A stretch of DNA of 40,156 nt from Chiloscyllium plagiosum (taxonomy: Eukaryota), in contig NC_057718.1 of assembly GCF_004010195.1 (NCBI RefSeq), positions 48,086,507 to 48,126,662 of the forward strand, read 5' to 3'. Below are positions 23,421 through 36,833 of this stretch, one piece after another. The position numbers were made by a program, and so were the translations under genes. Under the pieces are notes generated by a model. That model worked only from the letters and a program-made list of their open reading frames with translations. It was not told where the DNA came from and did not search any database. The first letter of the stretch is position 1. The number at the start of each line of letters is the position of its first letter.

Positions 23421-23736
23421 TTTTTTTTAGAAATTGGTTCACAATTTTTTTTAAAAATGCTTGGGTTTTACTCTCTACATAGGTTTGCAGAATAGGTTCT
23501 TAGTCAATCAAATTTCAATTTTTGTGAATTGATATTCAAAGATAATTATGGAAATTAGAAGTAAGTTAATGGTGGGTTCATGGCCAGACAAATTGAAAAA
23601 TGGCAAGCCTTCGATGGGGTTTGCTGAACATTTTCAGGCATTAAAATTGCCATGACCATGTGCACTTTTTTTTTTCTTATCCCAAAGTGAGCTTACACAC
23701 AACTGAAATTTCTTGTCCTCATCATCAACTCTTAAA

Positions 23737-23985
23737 CCCTACAATGTAGAAGCAGGTCCATTCGGCTTGTCAAGTCCACACCGACCCTCCCAAATAGCAT
23801 CCTACCCAGATTTCCCCCAACCCTATCCCCATAGCCCTGCATTTCCCTTGGCCGTTCCATCTAACCTGCACACCTTTGGAATTTGGGAGCAAACTGTAAC
23901 ACTCGGAATGTGTCCATATAGACAATCACCTGAGGCTGGAATAGATCTAATCCCTGGTGCAATGAGGCAGCAGTGCTAACCACTT
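23737..23985 (-). mobile_element. HE1-type SINE, internally deleted
   Basis: tctaacctgcacacctttgga...ccctggtgcaatgaggcagcagtgctaaccact on the plus strand, i.e. a SINE head on the minus strand. Confidence 0.8.
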
Positions 23986-25984
23986 TGGGGCCTTTTTAAA
24001 ATTACTACCTGGCACCAGTAAATAATTTGTATAGTCTGTTGGATATTTACACACCAAGTCCATTAAGCCCAGTGCAAATCGTCTAGTTAGGGAGCATGGA
24101 TCAAAATGGAGTTGGATTGCGAGGTAAAGTGCTGAAGTGCCCACCTTTGAGGCCTAGAGTGTTGGTGGACACAATGTGCTCCCTCACCAAGTACATGCAG
24201 GCAGAAGATGAGCAGTCAGTAGAAACAACCCCTTCCACAGGCTATTTAGGCCTAATTTAATTGTCAATTTGGCTACCCATCAGGAGCTCTTCCAACTTGT
24301 GTAAACCCACCACTGTATGCCCAAAGAGCAGAAGTGTAGGTCTAAAGTGCTATGATAACACTAAGCAACATATAAACTTGTCACCTGGAAATTAATTCTA
24401 ATTCATTAACAAAAAACTATTAAAGTTACTGAAACAGGCAACCTGTAGACAAATAGCTGAAAAGATCATGGTGTTCCTTTAAAACAAAGGTGCCCTTGGG
24501 TGAATTCTACAGTACATTGATCCTTGTCTGAATTTTAAGTACATGCTTCTGCTAATTATCATGCCTCCAGATGTACAAATGATACCTGAAGTCACGAGTT
24601 TGTCCTGAATATCATTGAATGTGAACAGCACAAAATACTAAATAACAGAATATATCCCAAATACTAAGGCTGAATTTGACAGTGATCTGCATGGTTTGCT
24701 TCATATACTATGCATTGGATGCCTTGATCTAAGCAGTTACTTATGAGCTAGTTTAATTCTTAAAGATTTATTTTGGTCTTGATAGCATGAAATGAGTATC
24801 TTGGAAAAAAGTTTCCAATATTTGGCTTCAGGGATAAACAGTCTCGTCAAACCTTGGATGTAACATTTGAGTCTAATAGTGATATTCTGAATGGAGATTG
24901 AGAGCTTCAAAGCTGGGTGCCCCTAACTGAAAAGAAAATGTGCTTTGAGAAAAGAACAGGGAAATCATGATAAAATAAATTTAGTGGCAACATAACGGCC
25001 TCTTAACATTTCTTTTGCTTCCACCAAATTTAGCAGATGCGAGAACTTGGAATCCGATTAAAGAAAATTGAAACTTCAACTCTGTTGGATAACCTAAAAT
25101 GGAATATTACTCCATGATTCTGCAGAAAAACTATTGGATTCATGTTTATTTTCATTAGGTAATTGACCACATTAATTCTTTTTCAATCTATCTTTCTACT
25201 TGAATTAATATTGATGGAGCTAAAATGGTGGTCACTAGTCTACATCAATTATAATAAAGTTTAAATAATTTTGAGTCTAAAGGGATATGTCTCGAATAAC
25301 ATTTTTAAGTCCTTTTGTCACACCTTTAAATTCATCAGACTGAAGCTGGAAATTTGTATAATTAAATGTTCTTCTTAAATTACAACCAGTTGTGTCCATG
25401 CTGGTACTGCAAGAGCAACAAAACTAGTCCTACACTCCCCTGTGTGGGGGAGGGGGGCAATTGTTGGGAGTTATTTTCCTAAGGCCCTTATTTTAGGGCT
25501 ATGAGTAAAATCTTAAATTAAGAAGTAAATCTTTAATTGGTACAGTGACAGCTTTATAATTGACTTGTTTTTTTGCCACAATGATCAATTCTGTGAGTCA
25601 AGAGCCACATTTTGCTATGGAGAAAAATAATGGGATGACAATATACATCATTCATTTCCCCCACCCTCTCTTCTCTGGGTTCTAGCTTTCTGTATCCTTC
25701 TCTTCTGAAGCCATTCCAAAGAGTCAACTTTCAGAAAATATCACCTGGTCAGTTGCTGTGTCCTAGTTGCTAATGTTGATGGCTGCTAATGTTGATGTCT
25801 GCTATCATTGTATCTAAACTGCAAGTATTTGTTCATCCTTTTAGTTGGGCAGGCAGGACTTTGTGATTCTGTTACCAGCTCCCAAATAGAATGCAGCCAC
25901 TTATCTTTGTGCATACAGCTGTTAGCCATCATATAGACATGACTGAACCAGATATCATTGGCTTATCAATAAATATCACAATCA

Positions 25985-26328
25985 CTATAGTTTTGGAAAC
26001 CGTTCCTTCAGCCCAACGAGTTTACACAGACCCTCTGAAGAATAGCTCACCCATACCCATTCCCGTACCCTATTACTCTACACTTACCCCTGACTAATGC
26101 AGGGGTATTACTCTACACTTGCCCCTAACCTACATATCCCTGAACACAGGGCAATTTGGCATAGGCAATTCACCTAAACTGCACATCTTTGGATTGTGGG
26201 AGGAAACCAGAGTACTGAGGAAACCCAGGCAGACAAGGAGAGAATGTGGAAACTCCACACAGTCACCCAAGGCTAGAATTGAACCTGGGTCCCTGGCTCA
26301 GACAGCAATACTAACTACTGTGCCACCC
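25985..26328 (-). mobile_element. HE1-type V-SINE
   Basis: gcacatctttggattgtgggaggaaaccagagtac...ctccacacag...gaattgaacctgggtccctgg...ctgtgccacc. Confidence 0.88.
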
Positions 26329-26602
26329 CAAATTATATAAAACAAACAAACAGCCTACTAAAGGCATACATATGCTGATTAAGATATTCCGGGACCTCAG
26401 CTGACCACTTCTCCTACCTAGCATAAGTCGTTTAGCTTTTATCACTGGAGAAGTGAACTAAAAGTTTTGCTATCCCCAACCAAAAATACCACTCTCCCCT
26501 CTTCTCTTGCCCCCCCTTTATATCTTTACTATAGCATTGATATCCTCCAGCACTAAGCTGTCAGTCCTGACTTTCTAATAAGCTAAGTTTCTGCAATAAT
26601 GA

Positions 26603-26675
26603 TAAATAATTTGGATGTGAATATAGGAGGATTGGTCAATTAGTTAGCAGATGACACCAAAGTTGGTGGTGTAGT
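26603..26675 (+). mobile_element. Tiny CR1 RT fragment
   Basis: INNLDVNIGGLVN*LADDTKVGGVV. Confidence 0.7.
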
Positions 26676-28032
26676 TCTGGCTTTCTCGAGTTGCCACCCA
26701 CTCATTACGCAACTTGAATGTAGCTGTTGCAGCTTTTGTGATGTTGATTTCTGCATCAAGTGAAATTGGTGAATTTGGAGTTTAGATATGAAATTAACTT
26801 CCAGAATCCCATTGGATGAAAGTATGAAAATATCCTGAATTATGACATTGGTTTGACCATTAGCATTAGAAAGATAAAACTGTTTAAAGTATGATATACT
26901 TTGTCCATTTGCAGGTATTCCTTGGTTTGGAATGCTAGTGTGGCATAGTTAAAATAGGGTGATTCTAAGGACTTGGCACTCCTTTTGTCTTTGATCTCAA
27001 AAGCACAGCTACACATTGCTTATGCACTTCCTCTCAACTTTAGCTTTGCCAGATGAACATGTAATATTTATTCTTTTCAGTCATCTGCTCTCAATGAGCC
27101 TGGTTTCTTGTACTGAAGTTATGTCAATGTACAACTGATCAAGCTTGATATCAGTCATAGCTATCTCTTGTGCATTATTGACTAGCTGAAAGTCCTCTAG
27201 CAAACATATGCATAATCTTGACATTTCAGCTTGCTAATCAGTTGGCAGCTGTTTATTGCCTAGGATAATGCACTCTGTTCACTTATTCAGGCATTGTGAG
27301 CTCGAAGCATCCACTGAAATTGCCCAACTGGTCAGGGATTTGCCCAACTTGTGCTAGACAAAGTTTCAACCCACAGTTGGAGACAGCACATAGCACCCTA
27401 CTCCAATAGAGGTGCCTGGTCACTTGGAGCTACTGTGTTTCTTGATTTCCAATGAAACTGGACTATCCTCTTCTGGATGCTAGAATGGATACCACTTATG
27501 GAGAGCTGCTCAAACATGGATACTCTTTACTGCCCTTCTTAATCCAGAGAAATGAAAGCACCATGGTTTGGTGATGACTTGGTTGTAGGAATTGCCAGAA
27601 AGATTATATGTTTAACTATCTGTCTGCTTTTGAGCTCTGACTTTTATTCCTACAATTATTTCTTGAGTGAAAAACTAAGATATCCACAAAATTGTGGAGC
27701 TATTTGACCGTGCCTGGAAGTTAAGTTCATAAGTGGTAGGGTGTTTACATCTGCTTGTTTAGGAGGCCAAATCTGAATTGTTCTGAAGCTTTGCTTTGTA
27801 GCCATGAGGCACCTAGTTTCTGGGTTGCTAATGAGGTGCTACAGCTGAGGTGCTGGCAATGGAGAAACTGTGTGCTCACTGGGAGAGACTTAAATGTTAA
27901 CTTCACTTGTTTACATTAGCTAATTTTAATGTAGACTGAAAATGAGAAGGTTAGTTAGAACCATAGGCCAGCATGTGGTGTCCAGGTAGATGGAGTGTAT
28001 TGGAGTCTATAACTCTAATAGCTGTAACTACA

Positions 28033-29068
28033 GTACAGCATGGAAAGACCCTTTTTGGTCCAACTTGTCCATGCTGACCTAATTTAGATATTCTAAATTA
28101 ATCTAGTCCTGTTTACCACCACCTGGCCCATATCCCTCCAAACCCTTCCTATTCCTATACACGTCCAGATGCCTTTTTAAATGTTGTAATTGTATACCAG
28201 CCATCACCACTTCCTCTGACAGTTCGTTCCATACACGCATCACCCTCTGCATGAAAAGTTGCTCAGTAGGTCCCTTTTGTCTGTCCCTTTTGTCTGTCCC
28301 TCTTGCCTTAAACCTATATCCTCCAGTTTTGGACTCTGCTACCCTGGGAAAAAGACCCTAGCTATTCAGCCTATATATGCCCTACATGACTTTTATAAAC
28401 CTCCTACAAGAGATCCTACAGCCTCCAACGCTCCATGGAAAATAGCCCCAGCCTATTTAGCGCCTCTGTACTGCTCCAACCCTGACAGCATCTTTGTAAA
28501 TCTTTTCTGAATCCTTACAAGTCTCACATCTTTCCTATGGTTAAGAGGCCAGAATTGAATGCAGTATTCCAAAAGTGGCCAAATCAATGTCCTGTACAGC
28601 CACAACATGACACCTCAACTCCTATACTAAATGCACTGGCCAATAAAAACAAGCATACCCATTGCTGCCTTAACGACCCTATCTATATCTAACTCCACCC
28701 TCAAGAACTCTGAACCTGTGCCCCAAGATTTTTGTTTGGCAAAACTCCACAGGAGAAAGTGAGGACTGGAGATCAGAGCTGAAAGTGTGTTGCTGGAAAA
28801 GTGCAGCAGGTCAGGCAGCATCCAAGGAGCAGGAGAATCGACATTTCGGGCATAAGCCCTTCAGGCCTTCTCAATACTCCCCAGGCCCCTACCATTAAGT
28901 GTATAACCCCTGCCCTGATTTGCCTTACCAAAAAATGCAACACCTCACATGTATCTATATATTAAACTTCATCTGCCACTTCTTGGCCCATCTGATGAAG
29001 GTCTGGTTGTACTCTAAGCTTCTTCACTTTCAAACTACACCATCAATTTTGGCGTCATCTGCAGACTT
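28033..29068 (-). mobile_element. CR1/HER1 LINE 3' portion, interrupted by a Penelope pLTR
   Basis: Tail cagcatggaaagaccc...; collinear with 16822-17730 up to the ADDAKI remnant. Confidence 0.88.
28754..28871 (-). mobile_element. Penelope-like pseudo-LTR insert with a 14-bp TSD
   Basis: TSD caaaactccacagg (28740-28753) / caatactccccagg (28872-28885). Minus strand reads cctgaagggcttatgcccgaaatgtcgattctcctgctccttggatgctgcctgacctgctg. Confidence 0.78.
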
Positions 29069-29109
29069 TCCTCCTATATTTGCAAATTATTTATATTTAT
29101 CACTTTTTA

Positions 29110-29680
29110 TTACAGAAATGTGACTCGTGGTTGGGACTGACAGCTTAGTGTTCCAGGTTATTGATGTGAGAGGAGGAGGGGCAAGAGAGGAGGCAGGATT
29201 GGTGTTTTTTGGGGATAACATTATGGGATATTTCTGGGATTACACCCAGTGAAGCAGTTTTGGTGGAATGGAGAAATAAATGGATGATCACCTTACTGGG
29301 GTTGAACTATCAGAATCTTTCTTTCCCAAAAATTCAGATATATGTAAGAATAATTGATTGGGTTGTAATGGTAGGGGATATTTAACGTTCCAAGCTTAGA
29401 CTGGGACTGCCATAATGTTAAGGGCTTGCCTGGAGAAGAACTTGTGCACAAGAAAATTTTCTTTTGTCTGGATGAATCTACTAGAGGAGCAAAACTTGAC
29501 CTTCTCTTGGGGAAATAAGGCAGGATAAGTGACTGAGGTGTCAATGGGGGAGCATTTTGGGGCAGTGATCATAATTATATTAGTTTTAAAATTATTGATG
29601 GAAAAGGATAGACCCGATCTAAAAGATGAAGTTCTAAATTGGCGTAAGGCCAATTTTGATAGTATTGGGCAAGAGTCAGT
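29110..29680 (+). mobile_element. Decayed CR1 endonuclease-domain fragment
   Basis: VVMVGIFNVP..DW, TRGAKLDLLLG, GEHFGGSDHN, VLNWRKANFD. Confidence 0.8.
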
Positions 29681-30435
29681 TGGTGTTGTGCAAACATATT
29701 AATGATGCAAAAGTTACAAACTGTTGAGCAATAACTAAATAAACTAGAACTGTTAGTACCCTGAAATGTAAATTCCTCATTTTGGAGTTTTAACTCGTGA
29801 CTATAACCAATGACTAAGTTCAAATGTAGATTGTGTTGAGGAAGTTGCCTTTGAAGTCTAATTCCTAGATTTTTGTCAAGCAACATTTTTGTTTTCAGAA
29901 GATAAAGCAAAATCCGCACATTTAAGATTTTTATCGCTTGCTAATAACTAGACTAAATGAGTCCAAAATACACAGGGTTTTAATTAGTCAGTTTGACAGC
30001 CTACAGCATTAATGGCCAGCAGTGGTTGAGATGTGGCTTTTTTTTTAGGTGAAAGTGATAGGGAGGATGGTTGGGAGAGGGTAATTTGTGGAAGTAAGAA
30101 AGACAGAGTCAATGAGAAGGAAGGAGACTTAAAGGTTTAGCAAGAGTCATTGGAGATCACGGATGGAGAGAAGGTCTGGGAGTTGGGAGTGTGGTTGACA
30201 GTGGGAAGAGGGGAAGGAATTGGGATAGCTAGTATTCTCACTCTGACCAATTAATCCTTTTTTTTTTGTTTTTGCCTTTCTAATTCACTGAGCCAAATAT
30301 CAGTTTTTATTAATATTAAATTTATTTGTTGGGTCATGGGGCAGAATGTTATAATTAGTGTTGTTGTAATTGTAATTAACCTGTCTTGCAATGGTCAGTT
30401 AATGAGTACTGAAAATTAATTAACTTCAAAGATAC

Positions 30436-31835
30436 CATAGAGTCATAGTGATGTATATCACAGGAACAGACATCCCAACCCAATCTAGTCCCACCTGCCA
30501 GCACCCGGCCCATATCCCTCCAAACCCTTCCTATTCATATACCTATCCAAATGCCTTTTTAACGTTGCAATTGTACTAGCCTCTACCACTTCCTCTGGTA
30601 GTTCATTCCATATACATACTCACCCCAACCTGAAAAGGTTGCCCCTTAGGTCTTTTTTAAATATATCTTTCCCCTCTCACCCTAAACCTATGCCTCTAGT
30701 TCTGGATTCTGACCCCAGGGAAATGACTTTGTCTATTTATCCTATCCATGCCCGTCATGATTTTATAAACATCTATAAGGTCACCCCTCAGCTTCTGACG
30801 CTCCCAGGGAAAACAGCCCTAGCCTGTTCAGCCTCTCCCTATAGCTCAGATCCTCCCAACCCTGGCAACATCTTTGAAAGGGTTCAGAAAAGATTTACAA
30901 GTTTCACAACCTCTTTGTTTTTTTTCCCTATAGGAAGGAGACCAGAATTCATGCAAATATTCCAACAGTGGGCTAATCAATGTCCTGTGCAGCCACAACA
31001 TGATCTCCCCAATTGAAGTACTCCATAAAGGAAAGCATACCAAATGCCGCCTTCACTATCCTCTCTACCTGTGACTCCATTTTCAAGGAGCTAAGAACCA
31101 GCACTCCAAGGTCTCTTTGTTTAGCAATGCTCTCTAGGACCTTACCATTAAATGTATATGTCCTGCTAAGATTTGCTTTCCCAAAATGCAGCACTTCACA
31201 TTTATCTAAATTAAACTCCATTTGCCATTCCTCAGCCCGTTGTCCCAACTGATCAAGTTCCTGTTGTACTTAGAGCTAACCTTTTTTGCTGTCCACTACA
31301 CCTCCAATATTGGTGTCATCTGCAAACTTACTAACTATACCTCTTGTGCTCACATCCAAATTATTTATGTAAATGAGGAAAAGCAGCACCGATCCTTGTG
31401 GTACTCCACTGGTCACAGGCCTCTAGTCTGAAAAATAACCCACCACCAACATGCTCTTCTACCTTTTGAGCCAGTTCTGTATCCAAGTGGCTAGTTCTCC
31501 CTGTATTCAATGAGATCTAGCCTTGCTAACCAGTCTCCCATAGGCAACCTTGTCGAATGCCTTACTGAAGTCGACATAGATCACATCTACTGCTCTGCTG
31601 TCAGCAAGCCTCTGTTACTACTTCAAAAAACTCAGTCAAGTTTATGAGAAATGATTTCCCATGCACAAAGCATGTTGACTATCCCTAATCAGTCCTTGCC
31701 TTTCCAAATACATGTACATCCTGTCCTTCAGGATTCCTGCCATCACTGGTCTATAGTTCCCTGGCTTGTTCTTATCGCCTTTCTTCAACAGTAGCACAAG
31801 TTAGCTAACCTCCAGTCTTCTGGCACCTCACCTGT
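30436..31835 (-). mobile_element. 5'-truncated CR1/HER1 LINE (RT to tail)
   Basis: EWQMEFNLDKCEVLHFGKANLSRTYT; DFSKAFDKVA; highly similar to 16822-18040. Confidence 0.92.
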
Positions 31836-32743
31836 CTTAGAGGCCAGAGCATCATGGAGTATAGTGAGATCTGTGACCGGGTTCTTGGCAGGAGCAATTA
31901 GTATTTAAAAAAATCTAGTGGTTGCTAGAGAGTGAAGATTCATGCTGAGTAGCAGTGAATTGCCAATTAAAGGGGTGATAGTTTCTTAACCTTATTAACT
32001 ACACATCTCACCTCATTACTGTCCAGTTTTCCAAATCCACACATCCTTAACGAGAGTCCAAGCTGAACCTGGTGCATTCAGTTCATAGATGGCTCTGAAG
32101 GTCTTCTATACTGTTCTGTCCTGAGAAACCTTTTGGGCCTAATGCGGGGCACCATGGAATACGTACACCCCTCGTCCACTGATGTTGACATTTTATATTT
32201 GCCAACCCCTCAGGAATTCCTTGGCACCTCTCAGATCCACTTGCAGAATGCTGAGGAATCACAGACCTAAGGAGTAATGTATTACTTGGGACAGGGAGGG
32301 CAGTTGGAAGCAAAATTCATTGTGGTTGATCTCCATGTGGATGGATGGAAATGAGCTTTTGGGGTACTGCAAGGTAAAGGGGGACATTGAAGCTTTGGGT
32401 CTGTACCTCGTAATATCTACTGAGAGATGAAAAATGCATCACTTGACACTCTCTAGATGCAAAGTGTGACTAAAAAATGTTTGAATGGAGTCTGTCACAA
32501 CGTACGGATGAAAGCATAGGATTTGCGTTTGCTGGACAGTAGGACATTAAAAGCGCAAGTGTGTGAAGCATGCTTTTGCAAACTGCTTCTGCATTTAATT
32601 TCCATTAATTTCTTCACGTTCGGGTGCAGAGATCAACTGCTGATCAAGGGAAGTTTGTACCATACTGCTGGTTCTTGTAAAATAAATAGTGGCATCTCAA
32701 CGATGCAGAAGCTGGTGCAATGAATTTAAAAGAGACAAATGCT

Positions 32744-35085
32744 GACCATAAGACACAGGAGTACAAATTAAGCCATTTGGCCCAGCAAAACACTTCTGCC
32801 ATTCAATCATGGCTGATCAGTTTCTCAACCCCATTCTCCCTTGTTCCTGTAACCCTTGATTCCCTTGACAATCACAAATCTTTCTATCTCTATCTTAAAT
32901 ATACTCAATGACCTGGCCTATGCAGCCTTCTGTGACAATGAATTCCAAAGGTTCACTACTCTCTGGCTGGAGAAGTATCTCCTCATCTTCATTCTAAAGG
33001 GTCTTCCTTTACTGCAAGGCTGTGCCCTCAGGTCCTCGTCTCTCCCGCTAATGGAAGCATCTTCCCAATGACCACTCTAGGCCTTTCAGTATTCTGTAAA
33101 TTTCATCCCACCTCAAACCTTCATCACACATTAAGCCTTTCATTCCCTGGATCATTTTCGTGAACCTCATCTGAATCCGCTCCAGGGCTAGTATACCCTT
33201 CCTGAGGTATTGGGCCTGAAATTGGTCATAGTACTCCAAATGTGGTCTGACCCAGAGTCTTATAAAGCCTCAGAAATATATACCTGCTTTTATATTCTAG
33301 TCCCCTCAAAATAAATGTCAATATTATATTTGCCTTCCTAATCACTGATTCAACTTGCAAGTTAACCTTCAGAAAATCCTGGAGTCGGACTCCCAAGTCC
33401 CTTTGTACTTCAGATTTATGAATTTTCTCCCCATTTAGAAAATAGTCTATACTCCCATTCTTCCTACTGAAGTGCATGACCTCACACTTGCCCACATTAT
33501 ATTCCATCTGCAACTTCTTTGTCCACTCTCCTAACCTGTCCGAATCCTTCTGTAGCCTCCAAGCCTCCTCAATACTACTTTGTATCATCTAAAAACTTAG
33601 TCAGAATGCCTTTAGTTCTTTCAAGATCACTAACGTATAAAGTGAAAAGTTGTGGTCCCAACACTGACCCTTGCGGAACACCACTAATCACTGGCTGCCA
33701 TTTTGAGAAGGACCCTTTTATTTGCACTCTGGCTCTCTGGACAAAAACAATCTTCTATGTGCTAGTACCTTGCCTCTAACTCCATGGGCTGTTATCTTAC
33801 TCAGCAGCCTCCTGTGTGGCTCCTTATCAAAGGCCTTCTGGAAGTCCAAGTAGACAACATCCATTGGCTCTCCTTTGTTACCTCCTCAAAGAATTCTACC
33901 AGGTTTGTCAGGCATAACCTCCCCTTGATGAAAACATGCTGACTTTGCCCTATTTTACCATGCACTTCCAAGTATGCAGAAATTTCATCCTTCACAATGG
34001 ACTTCAAATCTTACTAATGACCGAGGTCAGGCTAATCGGTCTGTAATTTCCTGTCTTTTGCCTTACTTCCTTCTTAAACAGGCAGACGAGGGTGACATTA
34101 GGGATTTTCCAGTCCTCTGGGACCCTCCCAGACTCCAGTGATTCCTGAAAGATCACCACTATCTCTTCAGTTAGCTCCTTCAGAACTCTGGGGTGTCATC
34201 CACTTGGTCCAGGTGACTTATCTACCTTCAGATATTTTAATTTTTTAGCAGCTTCTCCTATGTGATGGCCACCATACCTATCTCGGCCCCCGACTCTCTT
34301 AAATGTTTGCAATGTTACTCATGTCTCCCAATGTGAAGACTGACAAAAAGTACTTGATCAGTTCTTTGTTCCCCATTACTACTTCTCTAGTATCATTTAC
34401 CGGCAGCCCAATACCTACTTAAGCCCTTTATAACTAAAGAAATTCTTGCAATATTTTTTATATTACTAGCAAGTTTAGCTTCATATTTAATCTTCTCTCT
34501 TTTTTTGTAGTTGTCGTCTGTAGGCTTCCTAATCCCCTGGTTTCTTAGATTAGATTTCATTCCCTACAGTATGGAAACAGGCCCTTCGGCCCACCAAGTC
34601 CACATTGACCCTCCGAAGAGTAACCCACCCAAACCCACTTCCCTACCCTATATTCACCCCTGACACTATGGGCAACTTAGCATAGCCAATTCACCTACCT
34701 GCACATCTTTGAAGGAAACCCATGCAGACACAGGGAGAATGTGCAAACTCCACACAGACAGTTGCCCGAGGCTGGAAACGAACCCGGGTCCCTGGTGCGG
34801 CGAGGCAGCAGTGCTAGCCACTGAGCCACTGTGCTGCCCTTTGCTGCATGATATGCTTTCTCTTTTCCTTTTCTTCCATTGTCAGTCATGGTTGCCTCGT
34901 CCTCCCTTTGGTATACTTCTTTTCCCTAGGGCTGAATCTTTGAATGTCTTCCGAATTACTCCCAGAAACCCCTGCCGTTGTTAATTTCGGTTCAGCTGTC
35001 TCAAGTACAGTTCCCCAGGATTTCAATTGGCCTGTGGCCATTTTAAGTCTGACTTTATTGTTCCTTTTATAAACCATTTTGCTCC
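32744..35085 (-). mobile_element. CR1 LINE (same subfamily as 14826-18845), interrupted by an HE1 SINE
   Basis: IGQSQHVFIKGRLCLTNLVEFFEEVT; QMEYNVGKCEVMHF; RGLEYKSRYIFLRLYK; tail gaccataagacacagg. Confidence 0.92.
34545..34839 (-). mobile_element. HE1-type V-SINE with intact Pol III boxes
   Basis: Minus strand starts gggcagcacag with A box TGGCTCAGTGG and B box GGTTCGTTTCC, then V-domain ctgtctgtgtggagtttgcacattctccc and tail tctaatctaa. Confidence 0.92.
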
Positions 35086-35167
35086 ATGAAAGTGCAACAT
35101 ATCGAATCGAACAATGGAATTCAAAGATCGGCAATCCATATTTTATATTATCATGAGAAATTTTATA

Positions 35168-35385
35168 CAGGTTGTTCTGCTATAACACCTGTTTCGTCAA
35201 TGTGAATTGGCTATAACATGATTGACGAATTGTCCATGTTGTTTGGATAACGCAAACTTTCTACTGACTGGGTATAGTGATTTTCTATTAGCGATCTTCA
35301 ACAGTGTGATTTTTCTGTATCAGTTTTCCATAGCACGATTTTCTAAAGTGCGAGGTTGCAGAGGAACATAATTGTCATGTCATAC
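35168..35385. mobile_element. Tc1/mariner (Tigger/pogo-like) MITE remnant; right TIR decayed
   Basis: TA|CAGGTTGTTCTGCTATAAC terminus and internal short repeats (ctataac; gattttct/c several times). Confidence 0.5.
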
Positions 35386-35691
35386 AGTTCCAAAGAGGTC
35401 ACCTGTCAATTTTCTAAATGGCAAAACATGTTGGCCCAGTCAATGCAATCTCTGCTCATAGGAAATCCCTCTGTCCCTGGAGCCAGTTTAGTGAACCCAA
35501 ACCTTTGGAGCATAGCCTCGAGAGCAAGCACATCTTCCTTTGAGAAGTGGACATGAGCTGCAAAATCAAATCCAGTTGTACCCTTGCCAATGTCCTGATG
35601 GAGATTTCTTTTTAAGTCAACTAAAAACTGTTAATTTGTCTAACCCAAATAAAAATAGAAACTGGTAGGAATGCCAAGAATGTCTGGCAGC

Positions 35692-36833
35692 ATTGGTGGG
35701 GTTCAGTGCCTACAATATTAGCATCTGTAGGGAGAGATGTGTGTTGATCGATGGGAGGAATGAATCCGGTTGGTATCTGGAAGGAAGGGTCAGAGGAATG
35801 AAAGAGGGAAAGGGGCTGGGAAGAGAATTGAGGGATGGGAAGGGAGGCTATTTGACATTGGAGAACTCAATGTTGAGTCCTCTGGGCTGTAGTCTGTCCA
35901 GTTGGAAGATGAAGTGTTATCGTCCAATTTGCGGTTTGATTTGCTGTGGCAGTGAAGTAGACCGAGGATGGACATAGTCATACAGCCCGGAAACAGACCC
36001 TTTGGTCCAACCAGTCCATGCCAAACATAATCCCAAACTAAACTAGTCCCACCTCCCTGCTCCTGGCCCATATCCCTCCAAACCTTTCTTATTCATGTCT
36101 CTAACCAAATATCTTTTAAACATTGTTATTGTACCCATATCTACCATTTTCTCAGGAAATTCATTCCTCACACAAACCACCCTCTGTAAAAAAAACGCTC
36201 TCTCCTCTCACCTTAAAAATGTGCCCTCTAGCCTTGAAATTCCCCATCCTAGGGAAAAGACAACTACCACTAACTCTATCTAAATCTCATTGTTTTATAA
36301 ACTTCTATCAGGTCACCTATCAATCTCCTTTGCTCCAGTGAAAAAAGTCCCAGCCTATCCATCGTTTCTTTATAACTCAAACGTCTACACCCGGCAACAT
36401 CCTGGAAAATTTCTTCTGAACACTCTTCAGCTTAATAATATCCTCCCTATAGCAAGGGCGTGGGAGGGGAATTAAAATGGACAGTGACTGGGAAGTCAGG
36501 TTGGTCCCTGAGGACCCGACTAAGATCCTTGGCGAAACATGCCCTGATTTTACATTTGGTCTCACCAATGTAGAGAAGATCACATCGGGAGCAGCTACCT
36601 ATCTTTACCTCACCGCTCCACTCCCCTCCCCTCCCCACCTAAAACCCTCCCTCATCTACCACCCCACCCTCTTTATCTGCAGCTCTCCTTACACCCACCC
36701 CCAGTCCTGAAGAAGGGTTACACACAAAATGTTGAATTCTCCACCTCCTGATGCTGCCTGGCTTGCTGTGTTCTTCCTGCGTCCTGCTTGTCTACCTTGG
36801 ATTCTTGCATCTGCAGTTTTTTTTTGTCTCTAA
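35692..36833 (-). mobile_element. 5'-truncated Penelope-like element: GIY-YIG endonuclease end with an inverted pLTR, split by CR1
   Basis: Minus 36594-36453 reads CSRCDLLYIGETKCKIRACFAKDLSRVLRDQPDFPVTVHFNSP. It continues at 35975 with MSILGLLHCHSKSNRKL and a frameshifted HFIFQLDRLQPRGLNIEF. A plus-strand pLTR lies at 36595-36833. Confidence 0.85.
35973..36460 (-). mobile_element. CR1/HER1 3' end nested in the Penelope GIY-YIG region
   Basis: YREDIIKLKSVQKKFSRMLPG; tail catagtcatacagcccggaaacagaccc. Confidence 0.9.

Noticed and set aside
30045..30230. Purine/G-rich tract with G-quadruplex potential
   Set aside because: Low-complexity sequence with irregular G-runs and no supporting context.
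31840..32720. Possible Harbinger-like remnant (similar impression at about 1960-2560, 9690-9900 and 24000-24330)
   Set aside because: Too decayed to define TIRs or a transposase motif by eye.
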